A stretch of DNA of 64,000 nt from Bigelowiella natans CCMP2755 (GCA_000320545.1 ADNK01000035.1:66299-130298), one strand, 5' to 3'; shown: positions 30,650 through 46,274, counted from the first letter of the stretch. Numbers and translations: made by a program. The notes: a model not told the origin generated them from the sequence alone.

Positions 30650-31630
30650 AGTCACTTTTTCTCAGTTGTCTTATAATTTGTGGTGTATACATGTCTAGAT
30701 GTGGGTGGCAGCCATATTTGCATCAAAACAGCTATCTATATAGTTCTTCGCTCCAACTCATCCTGCCAAGTACTCTTGCTACTTCGCGCACACTTTACAT
30801 TACAATTTCATTTATCAACGCAAACATCATTGTAACTTGTAAACGCACAAGAACAACATCGTGCTGTGCTGTAGCCGACGTTAGCCCCTCAACGAGGCGA
30901 CTTCTCGTGGTGGTAATGTGCAGTATAGGGGCTTACAGTGCCTATGCATGCGGCTGCATGCTTGAAACAATGTTAGCTGCTCGCAGGGCCTATATACCTA
31001 CTTGTCTGCCAACAGAGTATTCTATGCATGCAAGCCACCATGACATTCACGTTTAGTTACGTACGTTTGTTGTGACATTATATGTCCACAGTTTAAAGAC
31101 AATGGGCAATATTTATTTACGTGCTAGCGTAGCTACACATACACACATATCTAGCTGTTGTGCCGCTGCGCGCATTCTAGCATTGCACAGCTATGACATG
31201 CATAAGGATGACCATTGAACAAATTCTATTGATTAATTGCATCCGTCTTACGTACATATCTACATATGCAAAATATATAGTAGCCGCAGCATGTGTACGA
31301 TTTCATGTCCCGTGCTATGTATGTATGTATGTATTATAGTATGTATGTATACAGTAAGTGCACGCTCCCTCCTTCGATCGATGTGATGCATGCCGAAGTG
31401 CACAAAGTCTTTTTGAGTGCAACGCGATGTACGACATATATATATTTCCGACGATAATGGCCATTCTTAGGTTATTATTGTATGATTACGCTACTACGTA
31501 CCCTACTGATGTAAATTTCGCTGGCAGTACCGTAATTTTCATTTACTTGTTTTTGAATCAGCATGCATTTTTAATGCGCATTTTCGGAACGATGCAACTA
31601 GTTATTTGCTTGCTTCCACGCCAAAGAAGA
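30650..31630. repeat. Tail-to-tail intergenic spacer, TpA-eroded; carries a segment homologous to 37164-37260
   Basis: Between the lectin (+) and RBBP4 (-) 3' ends. Contains ATGTCTAGATGTG at 30691, and TAAGGATGACCATTGAA at 31203, which is shared with 37178. Confidence 0.7.
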
Positions 31631-31673
31631 CTACACGCTCCTTTGGATTTACTGAAGAACTCGATCGCATGCT

Positions 31674-33483
<1,810 letters not shown>

Positions 33484-34116
33484 TTACGTGGAACTACGAA
33501 GTTTGTCTTTTTCACTTAGTCGTACTCGCGAGTTGACACTGAGGCTCAAGATTTTCTCCTAATCGGTGTATTTAATCGTTTAATTTCATGAAGGTTATAT
33601 GCAGCATAGTGGAGGACAATAGGCACTTCAAGCCCTGAATCAATTGATACGGGGGGGACGCAAACAAACCTGATTCAGATTATGCTATACGCCCTTTCCG
33701 TCTTTTCACGGTGCGAAATTTTAAGCATGAGTTGGAAGAATGTATTTCAAATGCGACATCCTATTCTTTTTGTCGTCCCTTATATTTTAAAGTCTACTTC
33801 ATCCTGGAAGAAAAGCGCGCGCCTCTGTGCATAAGCCTGGCGCGCAATTTTTTTGTGAGTTCGAAGTTTGAGCGTTTTCGGTTGTCGCAGATAGGCCGAC
33901 ATCTATATTTGATGAGAATATCTGTTCTTTAAAAACTGTGGTCATTACCATCCTATGTAGGCCATGGTAGTCTCAAATGATGGGAAAATCCCATTCCCTT
34001 GTATTGGTGAAAGAAGGCGGTTTGTTCCTCCTGAATTCGTCCTCCGATCGAAGAACACAGGTACGAGGAACACACTCCTGAAAGGGCTACGACTACAGGA
34101 GGCTAGTGCTCTCGTG

Positions 34117-36508
34117 ATGGAGTCCAAGGGGCTGGCCGTAGAGAATTCTGGTTTCATCTAACATGAAACATTTACTAAAATTTATCCTGTAGATTGGAAG
34201 CCAATTTCGCGGTTGGATTCGATATCGTTTCGAATGCATTCTCTTTCGTTGCACTACACATTAGAATAAAGGACAACTACTTGCTGTGCCTATAGGTGTC
34301 ATAAAGGAAAATGAAACTTCCGAACCGACCGTGCAGGACCAGTCCGTGGCGACGAGGTGTAAAGAAATCATGATTTCCGAGTCACCTATCGCTCACATTG
34401 CATTCCTACTTATTTGTTTGACCAACCAGCTGGTGGGGCATTGTTTCTCAAGTTTCGGATTCTGTGTCAAAGCATGCTGCAGTTGTTTCGAGTTCCGTGT
34501 CGAAACATGCTGCAGTAGTTGTTGAACAGGTTATTCGAAATGACGAACTAGGCAATTTCCGAGATCACTTTGAATTTTAATATTCGATGAATGAGGAGTT
34601 GCTCCTAATTTATTTGATTCTTGCCCTTGTCGGTAACAATGACTAGGGGACTGCTGCATTGCAAAGTGCCCAAGAGGATTTGAAGGAATTTGCCTCGACC
34701 CTCTCAAACGAGACGGTCGAAATCAAGGAAGAAATGCAAGACCAGCTCGAGAAAGTTACTGAGAAGCTCAAAATTTCCCCAGATAAAAATCCAGACTCTA
34801 ATGATATAAAGGTTTGCAACTGAATAGGGCAAGTCTATAAGTGCCTTGACATTCTATACCTGACATAGGAGAAAGATTCGAACAGTATCGGTGGGTTAGG
34901 CGCCCTATCGGATAATATAGAAAAGATGGGTGGTTTCCTGTCTCAGCTCTTGCCAAATTCAAACAAACAGCCGACTTCGAAGAAGCAAAAAGATGCAATG
35001 CTCCGAAAAGGTCTTTGCTATGACATTCGTGAACTCGTTCTGCAAACATCGCGTCTGGCTTTCATCAGAAATTATTGTAGTGCTCCTTCGAGGTGACTCG
35101 TAACATTTGAATATGCTCACAGTTCCACTATCACAAACCCCTGGGGAGGCTAAGCTTATGTTGATGCGGTCGACGAGGACTAGCTATACTGAAAATCCAA
35201 CGTGAGTAAAGTGAATAAATTGAGAGCAACACAAGTTCAAGGCGTGACAATTGGGAACTACTTGTTTTTCTTGGCAAGGATAGTCCTTGCAAAATCTCTT
35301 CGATAAAACTGATGCAATCAATATTTTTTTAAAGAGACACAAAGTTCAAGGAATATCTGAATGCTTTTGGATCAAAGCATGAGAATGAATTGAAGGAAGG
35401 TCGAGCTTTTCATGAATGTGATTGCTTCTTTTGGCTAATTCAGCAATAAAATTCAGAGGTTTTAGACACTTTAAACAATGAAGAAGATGTGAGGGGCTTC
35501 TACACAAGCTTAGGTATTCTACGCTTCCGAGTGTACCTTTGAATCCCTGACAAAACATCTTCTTTTTCTATAAACCTTTATTGTTTTCATTAAAAGTAAA
35601 CCTCCTTACACTCAGTCCCAGATACTGTAACCGATCAAGAATTCTGGGCACGGTATTTCTTTCGAGTGAAGATGTTGCAAAAGGAAGAAGAAAGGTTTTT
35701 TTGGTTAATTACCCATTAACTTAATGTAAAGGGGTATCTGAGAGTGCTTGTCCACTGTTTAACATAATAGGAGAAAGTTTCTCCTCGCACGTCTAAAAAA
35801 AGATGATAAATCCCCGAAAAGGGAGCTCGAAAGAGATAGTGCGAAGATAGTGAGGACACCGAAAACACAACAGGAGCAAGCTCAAGTCCCATCGCCGAAT
35901 TTGCAATCGAGCGAAAAAGATATCACTAAGCACAACGCTGCTGTTAAAGAAACAACTGTCACTTCTGATCAAAATTCTTTACCTCGCGAAGAGATAGCTC
36001 AAGAAGGAAGCACGGAGAAATCAAAAGCCCATTGTGAAGGGGTGGAAATTGCTGAATCATCCGATCCAGTTGAAGATGGAAATGAAGCCAAGAGCTCCCC
36101 AGAGAGCGTAATTTTTCTCATGCAAACAACTTTCCACATCCTTCCCGCATCCACTGTTGCATTCTCCACTTACATTACAGTTGAGGATATCTTGATTTAT
36201 TAAGGGTGGTCAAAAAAGCGAGACAAGTCAAAATAGCAGCTGGATAGATGTCGACACAGAAAATAAGGTTCATCGCTGTCAAAGCTGATACTTTACTTCT
36301 TTCAACATAATTATTCTTTGTAGAACGGTGGTGAAAATGCGCAAGATGATGAGGAAGAACTTGATTTAAATGCGATCGTAGATGGCCTTGGTGCGAAAGA
36401 TGATGAAAATAAGGTGGATTAAAATATTGATAAAACAGAAATAAAACATTTGAAGACAAAAATAATAATTCTACCTAGGAGGACGATGATTGCTGGGTTT
36501 GGGAGTGA
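34117..36508 (+). CDS. BSD-domain protein (BSDC1-like), multi-exon; start may be 33964
   Basis: SWWG...EDLKEFASTL N-terminal motif; BSD core FYTSLVPDTVTDQEFWARYFFRV...EEERR; acidic C-terminus EDDDCWVWE*. Confidence 0.85.
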
Positions 36509-36559
36509 GGTCGTACAAAGGAAATTTACTCCCGAAGAAACGAAGAAATCTTTTACTAG

Positions 36560-37400
36560 GTGCACCGTAGAGCGTCTGAGCGCGTGCATGCATGGGCAAA
36601 ATTCAATTACTAATTGATCCTTCGTTTTCACAGCGGTGAATATACATACATATAGACCACATGTCTAAGAGTGGTGTGTGCGTGTGTGTGGTATGTATGA
36701 TCGATTTGAAACTACATCTAGACATGCTGCTAGATGGCCTACAATCCTATAATCTAGATAATTGCCGGCACATATGTATCAGACAAGCTTCTAGATGTTC
36801 CAAATGCATGTAGCTAAAACATAAAGGCCTTCTGGTTCGCTGGTTATATGGTTGCTATGTTTAGCACATTGTTGCACACTGTACGACAATCTGGCACCTA
36901 CTGTAGCACATGTCCGCGCTGCTGTCGAGTACTAGCTTGTTAGAACTATGGGCATGCGTGTGCACAATGTGCACAAGATGCGCGTGTCATGTGTGCTGTG
37001 TCCATTGTCGACGTGTGTACATGTTGCACAATCTTAGCGCTGTAGCCGCCGCCACACTGCGTAGCTACATTAGGGTGACTATGAAAAAATGTAATTATTT
37101 CATCACATCACGTCTCATGTGTACCAGTGTAGCATCACACAAACCTAGCCTATGCATATGCATGGACAGCTACATAATAAGGATGACCATTGAAAAGATT
37201 TAATCACTTCATTACATCCGTCTCACATATGCACATGTGCTGTATGTAAAAATATATATGTGTTTAGAGATGTCTAGCTAGATGTACTGTGTTTATGACT
37301 AGATGACGAGGGTGCTGACAACCTACATTATTTCGTAGCGCTAATCGTATCCAACTATTATATCGCTATTTATTTTCGCTCAGCAGATTGCTTAGTGAGA
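36560..37400. repeat. Tail-to-tail intergenic spacer, CA/TG-rich and TpA-eroded
   Basis: Between the BSD (+) and PH-like (-) 3' ends. Contains ACATCTAGACAT at 36714 (reverse complement of the shared motif) and a segment homologous to ~31190-31280. Confidence 0.7.
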
Positions 37401-37446
37401 GCTGCAATTTTCTTATCCTCATTACTCGATTAGTGATCACATAGAA

Positions 37447-37579
37447 TTAACTAGTAATATCAGACTTTGCTTTCTTTTCTATTGGCTTGAAGTCGGGTAT
37501 CGTAGATGGAATCTTGCGCTTGGCTGCATGACCTTTTAGTTTGAATCTAAGCGCAAAGAACAAGTAACATCAGCTCATG

Positions 37580-37624
<45 letters not shown>

Positions 37625-37673
37625 CATTGAAAATATATGTGTATGACATATATTGAATATTGATAGAAATACA

Positions 37674-37718
<45 letters not shown>

Positions 37719-38619
37719 GAGGAGGGGTTACCCTGGATCTATGTCAGGCAGGGCCAACTCCTCTTTCACGACGCCACCATACTTCTCTCCATCGAAAAGC
37801 TCTAAGAAGACGTTTATGTTTTAGGCATCCATTCAATTTATGGAATATTATGACTCAACCAAAATAAGCGATTGCTTCTCCCAACTTTCCTAGTCCCAAT
37901 GCATGTGCTTTGGCCACATGAAATCGCTTAGATTTCGAATTTCCGTTTGTGAAATCCGTTTTCGCTTTCGCCCATTTCATTTTTTTTCCTTCGCTTACAA
38001 GTTCGGTGAGCACCTTAAATAAATATAACGAGTTTGAAAAACAATCAAGTAAGGAATTTTAAGGCCAAAGAAGGAGATTGTCACAAGCAGCAGCAGCAAA
38101 CCGGGGGAGCCCGAACTTCTAGAATCATGTTCCAAGTGGCCCTGTCAAGATGTAGTGCCTTTATACTTCCAAATCTTGAAGTTATTCGGTGCTTTTTCCC
38201 TGATCCCATCCCATTGTCCGTGAATTGCCAGACGATCTGAGAGCACGTTGCTATTGTAACGAGAGATATGTTGGAGCTTGAAGAACACGACCTTTCCTTT
38301 GCCCTTCACAAAATGAAATGTGACACTAATTGGAGGTTTCCCCTTATGCTTTGCAAGAAACCCTTTTCTAATCCCGCCACTTCTCTCCTAATTACAGTAA
38401 GGAGTAAACACAAACGTGCAGTTTTGCATGTCACATTTTTCTTGCCTGCGAGATGAAATCGCCTATTCGCACCGACGACAGCTGAACCGTCACGGTTTTC
38501 GGAAATTCCATGACTGATTTCTGAGCTGAAGATGTTGATGACGATGCCACTGGGATGCTTGGTTGCTGTGAAGGAGAAGGTATCGGTGGAGGTTGCGCCT
38601 GAGAAGGGGGGCAGGCCAT
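37447..38619 (-). CDS. TRF2/HOY1-type PH-like domain protein, multi-exon
   Basis: Spliced: FPKTVTVQLSSVRIGDF...VTFHFVKGKGK|IVWQF...KHRITSRFGSIKALHL...MILEVRAPP|...KWAKAKTDFTNGNSKSKRFHV. This matches the family pattern (IGxW/F, KxVW, IxAL, W...DFTxGxxxxxRxH). Ends KKAKSDITS*. Confidence 0.65.
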
Positions 38620-38842
38620 GATTCCGACACTGCTCACAAGAGGAATTACGTCCAACTTTAGATCTAGTCCAACATTATTAACCGGAAACTACTACTACGC
38701 TGAACTAGTTCTGAACTATTCCAAAACATGAATGACTTTGTTCCTGCGACAATACAATATACTTGTTTCTCTTAAGAAAATGCCAGTACTACATGTTGTT
38801 AGTTTTCATTCCCTTTCCTCCTTCTCCTCCTCCTACGTAGGC

Positions 38843-38892
<50 letters not shown>

Positions 38893-38952
38893 TCTATTCG
38901 TGGTAGCCGTAGTGGTAGTAGCAGCAGAAGTTCAAAGAACAACATACACACA

Positions 38953-40575
38953 ATGGAGGAGTCCGGTACCAAAGGATTAGCAGCGCTGGCGATACCGATT
39001 GGGAACACACTGTTCTTGTTGTCATATGTACCTCTGATGTTGAAGCTGAGATGGAGGACGATCGTGCAAGCAACGGATGTATCAGGCGCAAAAGAATGTC
39101 GCCTCCAGTTTGACCCGTGTCATGATGTAGCCCTCAGTAGTCAGGTAGTTGCAAATGGGTAGGTGGTACCGTGATCAATTTTGTCACACGGTTGCGGTAT
39201 TTATTAACAGATCTACATGACGGCTGCTATGGCTATCAAGTACTACGCAGGTCCGATTTCCTCCCCCAAGAGCGTTATCAAGATTATGCAGCAGATCCTG
39301 AAAAGGGTAGCAAAAGGAGTCTCTAGTCGTAGCGTCCCCTCCAAGGCGAAAGTATACGACCTCTTTATGCGAGTTCTTTCCGTTTCCCGTCTGCAGAATG
39401 CTATCTCTCAGGTCAACTTTCACATCTTTCGAATTACGAGATTCATCATAAAGCTCTGAGTGCTTGTTTGCTCTGTCAGGGTTTGGCGCTGGCAGCGGGC
39501 ATCACGTGCCTGAGTTTCTTTATTTTTGGTGCAGCCTATGAGGTTAGAGGCGGATCTCATGGGAGATGTGGATTCGTGTTCAAGCTGCTTCCACTTGTAG
39601 CTCTTGCTGTGTATATTCTGGCAATGCTTTACATTGAGAAGAAAGAGGGGGATTTATTGTTAAACATGCTCGCACCCAGCAATTTACTAGTCATGGCACC
39701 CACATGTGCGGTGATATTGGAATCCGTTGCAATTATTCCTCAAGCTTTTCTGAGTTTCTCGCCATCTGAAGGGACGAAGCAAATTTCGATGACCACCATA
39801 GTTCACTATTCGACCAGGGCTTGCGCGGTGTTGATTCCCACTCTTATGTGGTATTTGATCTGTCTCAATTCACCTTTGCTGAACTTTGGAATTTGTTTAT
39901 TGAAGTCTCTTTTGTTACATGATAAGGTGGATGGAGAACGGTGCAGGTCTTGCAGAAAAATTCTATGCGCAGCAACTTGTATGATTTTAATACTTTCACA
40001 TGCGTCGCAGCTTACTTATGGGAGACATTATCGTTGCTTAGAGTTCTCTTCCTGGAATTATGCTAAGAGAAGTAGGATGCCATATGCTCGTAACTTTCGG
40101 GTAAGTCTGATTTGGATATCAGACAGTCGGCACACTGAGTAATTATCCGTCTTTAGTATCGTCTTCTATTGCATTTCATTATGGCGACTGTCATCCGGGA
40201 GAAAATGGTTCCTTGCAGTTACAGTGGCGGTCATCTCTGCAGGCATTCAGCTTACCCTCAATACCCAGTCTGTGACTATTTTCGAAACCCTAGATGCAGC
40301 TCAACTTCGTAGCGGAGTTTTGATGACTCAGGTACTTATGAAATGCTTGTGTTATGGATGAAAATCTAACTCTTTTCTTGTTGTAGCTGCTGACGATTCT
40401 CATTCTTTTTATCGTTGGAGGGACCTACTTCATGCAATCATTGTGCATTGTTTTATTTTCATTCTTCTATAGTGCTGGTTTGTTGCCAACGAATTTTGCA
40501 GAAGCAAAAAGGAGGATTCAAATTAGATATGCACAGCTTAAGGCTGCATGGGGCAATTTTTCATCTAGAAAGTGA
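38953..40575 (+). CDS. Multi-pass membrane protein, divergent ERD2/KDEL-receptor (PQ-loop)-like
   Basis: Several TM helices across exons. ILESVAIIPQ resembles ERD2 YLESVAILPQ, and SSQ|IY...KY resembles ERD2 SQxLY...RY. Ends AWGNFSSRK*. Confidence 0.6.
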
Positions 40576-40599
40576 GTGAAGAAATCATGGGGAGCTACT

Positions 40600-41320
40600 T
40601 CGAGCGATGTCGTGTCAGTTGAGCTGATACTAGGTTTCAATTGTATTTTAGTTGCATTGAATGGTAGCATGCAATGTACCCTGATACGATCTCATGCTAT
40701 ATAGATTTGTTACGCGTCGCGGGCAGCCCTGCTGCTTGTATATATGTTCATGGTATATTCATGTGCAATGCGGCTTGAAGTTTTATGCCTTGCAATGTCG
40801 GCTATGTCCGCTACAGCACTGCTAGACTGCATGATATGTCTAGATGTGTGTTGTCACACATTGCAGGCAATTTTGCATGACAGGTTCGCGATCGATGCGA
40901 TTGAGCTACTATGCATTGCAACTGTTAGTGGAGCTACAAGCAGCTCTAGCCTTTGTGTCTATTGCATTGCTACATTGCTATATTGCAGCGTCGCGCTGAG
41001 CGCACATGTCGCGATGCTAAGTTGATGCGATTGATCATCATGTGACTGATGTCGATGCTGCTGCGACAACAGCAATTACTGTCATGCTAATGCATGCGTT
41101 GCGTCTATAAACCTTGAATTTGTGTAGCAGCCATCTCGCCACAATGATGCAATGATCATGATATTGTCACAACACACTAGCATAGATGCAGCAGATGGCG
41201 TCGGGCATGGCTAAGCACGTATCGTATGATCTAATTATCAGTGATCGATAGGCTTCGTTCGCTGATGGAATTAGAGTAGCCACGAATTAATGTATTCTTG
41301 CTCACATGATATTTTGGTGC
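40600..41320. repeat. Tail-to-tail intergenic spacer, TpA-eroded
   Basis: Manual count in 40861-41220: about 20 TA, about 15 of them in CTA or TAG context. ATGTCTAGATGTG at 40836. Confidence 0.7.
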
Positions 41321-41322
41321 TA

Positions 41323-42192
41323 TCACGTGTATGTTTTATTGACTATTTTATTGAATTTTTCTTCCCATTTCGTGCCTTTGCATGATCGTCGAAGGGTATC
41401 CACATTTGGAACGTCTCCTGTTTTACCCTTCAAGTTTTTCTGACTTGCAATCTCCTTTTGACTTCTGTAATTGTCAAGGCGTTGGGAAGATTCTACTTTC
41501 AGCTTAACAAGAGTTGCTTGTTCCTTTTCATGCACTAAACGTAGTAAAACCAACTCCAGACGATTCACTTTATTAACTAGTTTATCAATTCCACTCATTA
41601 TATTCAACGATCGCCGCTCCATAGCTGAGAGTTGCTGAAGGTTTGATTCCAGTGCTGTAAGTTCATTCTTTCGCGTCAAAGCAGCGGCTCTAACATCCTC
41701 AATTTTCCATCTTATTTTCTGGCCAAGAACATCGTGACGATGCGAATCAATCATACATGAGACAGACTATATTATTTCTACTATTCAGACCTCAGCAAGA
41801 GCTATATGTTTCGAGTCAGTATCCATGATCCCCTTTTGCTTCTCCACGTACCTATATTAATAAATAGAGAGGCTACATTTTCCTATGCTCTTTCAAGTGT
41901 TCGTTCATAGAAAGAATGCTTCACAAACTCAAAATAAGTTTACGTGCTCATAAATCCCGCTCCATGATACGGCTGCTGCAGTACATTCGCTTGAACCGGG
42001 AGATTTTTCAGGGAGCTTGCCTCATTTGAGGATCTTTGATAAGAATTAAGATGCAATTTGACATTAGATGCAGCTTGCTGATATGCGGATAACTTGCTCC
42101 TTTCCCAAATGATGTATCAAATACTGGCTTAAAGAGAAAGAGATTGAGGGAGCATGTTTCAGCTAGTCATCAAACCTCAACGCTGGGTGCAT
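41323..42192 (-). CDS. Hypothetical coiled-coil protein, multi-exon (start approximate)
   Basis: Coiled-coil last exon (ORF 41323-41754) can be joined to upstream exons MHPALR|SKLSAYQQAAS...GFMST|YVEKQKGIMDTDSKHIALAE through GT-AG introns. Confidence 0.6.
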
Positions 42193-42311
42193 TTGCGCTG
42201 TCGTCGGCCTCCCCTTAGGGCAACGAGAACCTAATAATTCCAATTCCACTAGTCCTTCCGCTCCTCCTCCTCCTCCTCCTCTCGTAAGATGTCGGTAACT
42301 CTGATATTAGC

Positions 42312-42427
42312 CTAAATCTTCGAAGAAAGTTATGTCGCAGACCCTAAATTCACCTATATTCGTGGTATTCATTCTAAATCATAGAAGAAAGTTATGTCGT
42401 AAGGCTAAATTCGTCTATATTCGTGGT
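42312..42427. repeat. Imperfect direct duplication, two ~55-bp units at 62-bp spacing
   Basis: CTAAATCttcGAAGAAAGTTATGTCG...CTAAATTC..CTATATTCGTGGT at 42312 and 42374. Confidence 0.9.
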
Positions 42428-42892
42428 CGTAGTAGTGGCAGTTGAACACAGAACAACCTCTTGCTCGAAGGAACGGCTCGGCTCGGCTCAGGAAATCGTC
42501 GACGTTCGGCCCTGGTGCTCATCGTTCAGAACGATTGATGGTTCGTGATCGGGGGGGGGGTCAGAGTAATCGACACGAGAAGAGATGGCACCAAGATGCG
42601 TTCTCAAGGTTTATAAGTGAAATTACAATATGTACACGAAGCAATCAATTGACGGAAAGTCGTGGTTTTGCAGGTCGGGCTTTCTTTCCTTTCTAGCCTG
42701 GGGTTTCCTGGTAAGCAGATACCCCTTTTGATTTCCTCAATTGTGAAATAGTATGCTTAATGGAACTATGAAAGAGCCTTGTGGAACTTACTACATTGGT
42801 TACGAATTCTTAGTTTTCGTTGAGAATCTGGTGGACATACTTTCGATCGAATAATTCCACGGAGAGTGGTGATCAAATAGCGACGACCTCAA

Positions 42893-43204
42893 ATGTTGCA
42901 CCAAAATCTTCACCTGAATTCTGACATATACGAAGAAGGCTGCATCAAACTTGGAGACGACACACTGGCAAAGAAAATACCGATTCCACTTTTTGACGTG
43001 GATGATTCAAGAAGGCCAGCATAGTTTATCATGCCAGCAACCATACTTCAAATCGGGGTCGACGAACCGAATAAAATAGTCATCGCTGTGCTGTCGTACG
43101 AAAAAATCGTGAATGAATATCGATTCAAGAATGAATTGATGGCAATTGTGCACTATGTCATTGTGCTAGGCCCATTACCATCGTGGATCGACTATATGAA
43201 ATAA
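42893..43204 (+). pseudogene. Possible small + strand gene or gene remnant with one in-frame TAG
   Basis: Frame MLHQNLHLNSDIYEEGCIKLGDD...RRPA*FIMPATILQIGVDEPNKIVIAVLSYEKIVNEYRFKNELMAIVHYVIVLGPLPSWIDYMK* is protein-like on both sides of TAG 43022-43024. No family recognised. Confidence 0.25.
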
Positions 43205-43209
43205 AGAAT

Positions 43210-43780
43210 GTTTCAGAGAGCCACATAATGCGCACTTTATCTTAATGTTAGTTCATTATAGCGATAATCAACATAGCTAGAGGCGCATGCATCGTGTGTC
43301 GCATCGGTTATGTCACAAGCCAATAACTCGTGACAAGGTGACAATGCGGCTTTGATGTCTTCACGTATGTCAAATAGTCGGGATATGACACATGTCACAC
43401 TCGAATGAGCGCATCTTACATAATCTATATGTGTATGTATCCTGCATCGTGTGACGCCAGCACAATGTAACAACGCAGCGACACATGCATGCACACGAAT
43501 GTTTGCGTTGTTACTAGCTTGAGCTGCCGATGCCTTTCGGCTAGGCTCTTCCTCTCTATCGTCTTACTATCTACTACACTAGTTCATACAGCCATGGCAT
43601 GCACGCATGACACTGCTGTTAAGCTGAGCCTAACTAGGTAAGTAAGTACGTGCAATGCATGGATGTCTGCGCCCGCATATGCGCACGTAGCAAACACACA
43701 CAACAGCTACGCGTACGCCCACATAGAACTGTTAGGGTCGTAAAAGCAATGGTTATTAGCTACCTTAGAACTACAATCAC
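43210..43780. repeat. 3' intergenic spacer, CA/TG/CTAG-rich
   Basis: Downstream of the 3' end of the kinase gene (43941). Abundant CATG/TGCA/CTAG. Confidence 0.6.
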
Positions 43781-43940
43781 TCCGGCATTAGATAAGAGCA
43801 ACACATCTGGACATTGATCATCGCAGTCAAACAGGATGCATTTCTCAAAACAACGCAAATAACGGATGAAAGCTGCCATAGATACTGCAGCTTCGTGATT
43901 GCAGCCCCGCTGTGTCGATCAGAGCCGCGTCGATGTTCCT

Positions 43941-45302
43941 TCATGACAGCTGAGAGAAGCAAAGCTGTAACATTCTTAGTTCTGGCCCACTCATGCTCGG
44001 GATTTTCCCAATAAGTTCATCTCTTTGTTCCCGAGATAGCCGCGAATCATTGAGAATGGCGTGGACAATCGTAGCCTTAAGAACAGTCTCATCGTTGAGA
44101 CCCGAGCCACCACCACCTTGGCTTAAAAGGCTTGCTAGGCTTGCTACCCCACTCTCTTTATCCTTCTGTCCAACCTCTCCCAGTTGCCTTAAGAATTCTT
44201 GTTTCTGCCTTTCATTGAGGTCAGGATCATTCTGCACTCTTTCTCGAAGCCGACGCTTTTGGTCCTCGCTCAGTTCATCGAGTTGGTGAGACCGAGTGTC
44301 GTCATAGCCTATCAGATAGTTGAGCATGTCATCGTACTCGAACGCATACCTGTTGGCGGCATCTGCCACTTGCTCATCAGTGAAGTCCATGTGTTTCAGC
44401 TTGTTGATGATAGAGCTCATCTGGTGAATGTTGTACATTCCCGCATAGCGACTCTTGACTTGTTCAAGAAGGGATTTTGCCGACTGCTGCTCTGAGTTCT
44501 CCTTTCCTTGGTTACCAGGACCATCAAGATAAGTAACCACGGCTCCTGTCTTCCAGTCTCCTGAGGGGGGCAAGCTGCTTTTACTTTTAATTCGTGCAAC
44601 CGAAATGCCTTTTGAATCCGTAAGGCCCCAATCTTCCCTCTTCTTGTCCCATTTGAGCGTTGGAATCTTCCCATCACCACTGGAGAAACCGTCAAGCTTG
44701 TACTCAAGCTTCTCGGAGGAGGGGTCTTGGTTGCCCGATGCCGACGAGGCGGTGTAGACTCCAGACAAGCTCCTCTTAGATTTTATACGCAACTTGCGAA
44801 CTGTCGTGACCTTTAATTGCTTTTGTCGCGCCTCATGAATCTCCGTGGTTCGCAGGACACAGCGCATGAGGGCGGCAACGGGGGCCGGGAGCCCATCGCA
44901 CAATGCCGCTTCGTCCCTCTCACCTTGCCATAAATCGAGGATTTGCGACCTGATATAAATCCCAACGCCCTCCGCTTGAGGTAGGAAATTGAGTACGGCA
45001 TCTTGCCTCTCTGCCTCCAGGCCCCCAGCGCAAAATCTAGGATAATCAATTCTAGCTGCAACCATTGGATTTGCCAACTGAGCGATCCGTCTCAGGGACA
45101 CTTCCATCCTCATCAGAAAGTACTGTATGGGTGTGCCGTCCCTTATAGAACTCAGGTCTACACCGCTTGGAGGCCACATTGGATCATCTGCTCGACTACG
45201 ACTCGAATCTCTCTGCCCCTTCTCCCGCATGTCGCCACTAAATACCTGTGTAGCAGCTTTGAGCATCCGAAGCTGATCTTTGGACATTGAATCTACAATA
45301 AC

Positions 45303-45335
<33 letters not shown>

Positions 45336-45576
45336 TGGTGTTACCGTGACGACAAAGGAGGATTGTTAAGAGGGAAGAATCCCATGTCTATTCTATTTTG
45401 TGTGTGTGTGTGTGTGCGTGTGTGTGTGTGTGCATGATTTGTACGAATTTGGATGCGAGCTATCCTCTGACGAGGAGATTATTACTTTTGATGCATTATT
45501 ATCTCAAACTGATAATTCTGACACCCCCAATGGCTTCTCTCAATTTGAGCTATTATGCATGCATGCCACCGAGTGG

Positions 45577-45608
<32 letters not shown>

Positions 45609-45767
45609 TTGCTGCTACTGCTACCGACCTGTGTCTTGATATGAGCTTCCTGTTTTCACGCCTGATCATTGTGATATGTACGTATTATAAAAACGATAAT
45701 AGACGCACGTGCTTTATAATTAATATGCTTTCGGAGGAGGAACATGAGAGGGAGGGAACATGTTAAG

Positions 45768-45812
<45 letters not shown>

Positions 45813-45834
45813 AAGACTAAGAGAGTAAGAGAGT

Positions 45835-45891
<57 letters not shown>

Positions 45892-46236
45892 ACCGAAACT
45901 CGTTGTTGCACGTACCATACGGATGTATGCGGTCTGACGTAAGATTTATCCATTCATCGAAGTTGTCATCAAATCCAGGAAAATGAACTCTAACACGGGT
46001 AGGCTCGATGGCTTTAACCACAGCTTCCAGCCAACGTTGATTCTAATTGTAGCATATATGTCGTTGTTCATCACATTAGGAGGCGTTATATCTCTTCAGA
46101 TATTTCAAGAGAAAACAGCTGCGGCGGAATTAAGTCGGCACGTTGTCAATCACTGCACACTAATGATGAAATACATGCCCACGGTCAGTGCAAGAGGTGA
46201 TAGGATGTGATACGGAAGCAGTGTGAGATGTACTAC

Positions 46237-46274
<38 letters not shown>

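Noticed and set aside
33811-33852. GCGCGC elements upstream of RBBP4 as E2F sites
   Set aside because: They do not match TTTSSCGC properly on either strand.
42312-42427. CRISPR-like repeat
   Set aside because: Only two long imperfect units with no spacer series, a eukaryotic context and no cas genes.
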